Below, piece by piece: positions 63,635 to 64,000 of a DNA stretch of 64,000 nt. Numbering within the stretch: position 1 is the first letter of the stretch; every line of letters starts with the position of its first letter. The notes below the pieces were generated by a model. It was not told the origin of the DNA. It did no database searches and saw nothing but the letters and a program-made list of their open reading frames with translations. Source of the stretch: Mobula hypostoma (Eukaryota); assembly GCF_963921235.1 (NCBI RefSeq), contig NC_086097.1, positions 19,284,001 to 19,348,000 of the forward strand, given 5' to 3'. A program made the position numbers and the translations under genes.

Positions 63635-64000
63635 CAGAGAACATAGAACCCAGCACGGTACAGGCCCTTCTGCCCACAATGTTGTGCCAACCTTATAATC
63701 TACTCCAAGATCAATCTAGCCCTCCCCTCCTACATGGCCCTCCATTTTCTCCATCATCCATGTGCCTATCTAAGAGTTTCTTGAATCTCCCTAATGTAAC
63801 TGTCTCTGTCACCACTCCTGGAAAGGTGTTCCACGCACCTACCGCTCTCTGTGGAAAAATTACCTAACTTCTGACATCTCCTCTATACTTTCCTCCATTC
63901 ACCTAAAATGCTGCCGCCTTGTGGTAGCCTTTTCTGCCCTGAGGAAAAAGTCTCTGCCCATCCACCCAACCTCAGCCTCTTACCATCCTGTAGTGCAATC
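63635..64000 (-). mobile_element. CR1 LINE 3' end
   Basis: agaacatagaacccagcacggtacaggcccttctgcccacaatg. Confidence 0.8.

Overview
Eukaryotic, repeat-saturated intergenic or intronic DNA from a vertebrate. The repeat repertoire points to a cartilaginous fish, probably a ray or shark (inference from HER1-type CR1 LINEs and HE1/V-SINE-like SINEs). I found no host protein-coding exon, rRNA, true tRNA or CRISPR array. Most of the window is nested, decayed transposons. Non-LTR elements: many CR1 LINEs (one young, near-intact ORF2 at 16.8-19.5 kb; one with an ORF1 esterase), Rex1/Babar LINEs, RTE and RTE-derived short elements, and a HERO-clade fragment. LTR elements: a full-length decayed Gypsy element (4938-10490, 4-bp TSD) and solo LTRs. 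Penelope-like elements (RT + GIY-YIG) occur with inverted arms. DNA transposons: a full-length hAT/Buster-type element (41006-43713, perfect 15-bp TIRs and 8-bp TSD), hAT MITEs, Tc1 derivatives and a nested mariner palindrome. The most notable signals are RNA-level: about 12 decayed copies of a minimal type-I hammerhead ribozyme in the Penelope-like terminal repeat, and a candidate HDV/CPEB3-like ribozyme fold at the 5' end of a putative RTE-derived element. I cannot support a wholly novel system beyond these. Most boundaries are approximate unless a TSD or TIR is quoted.
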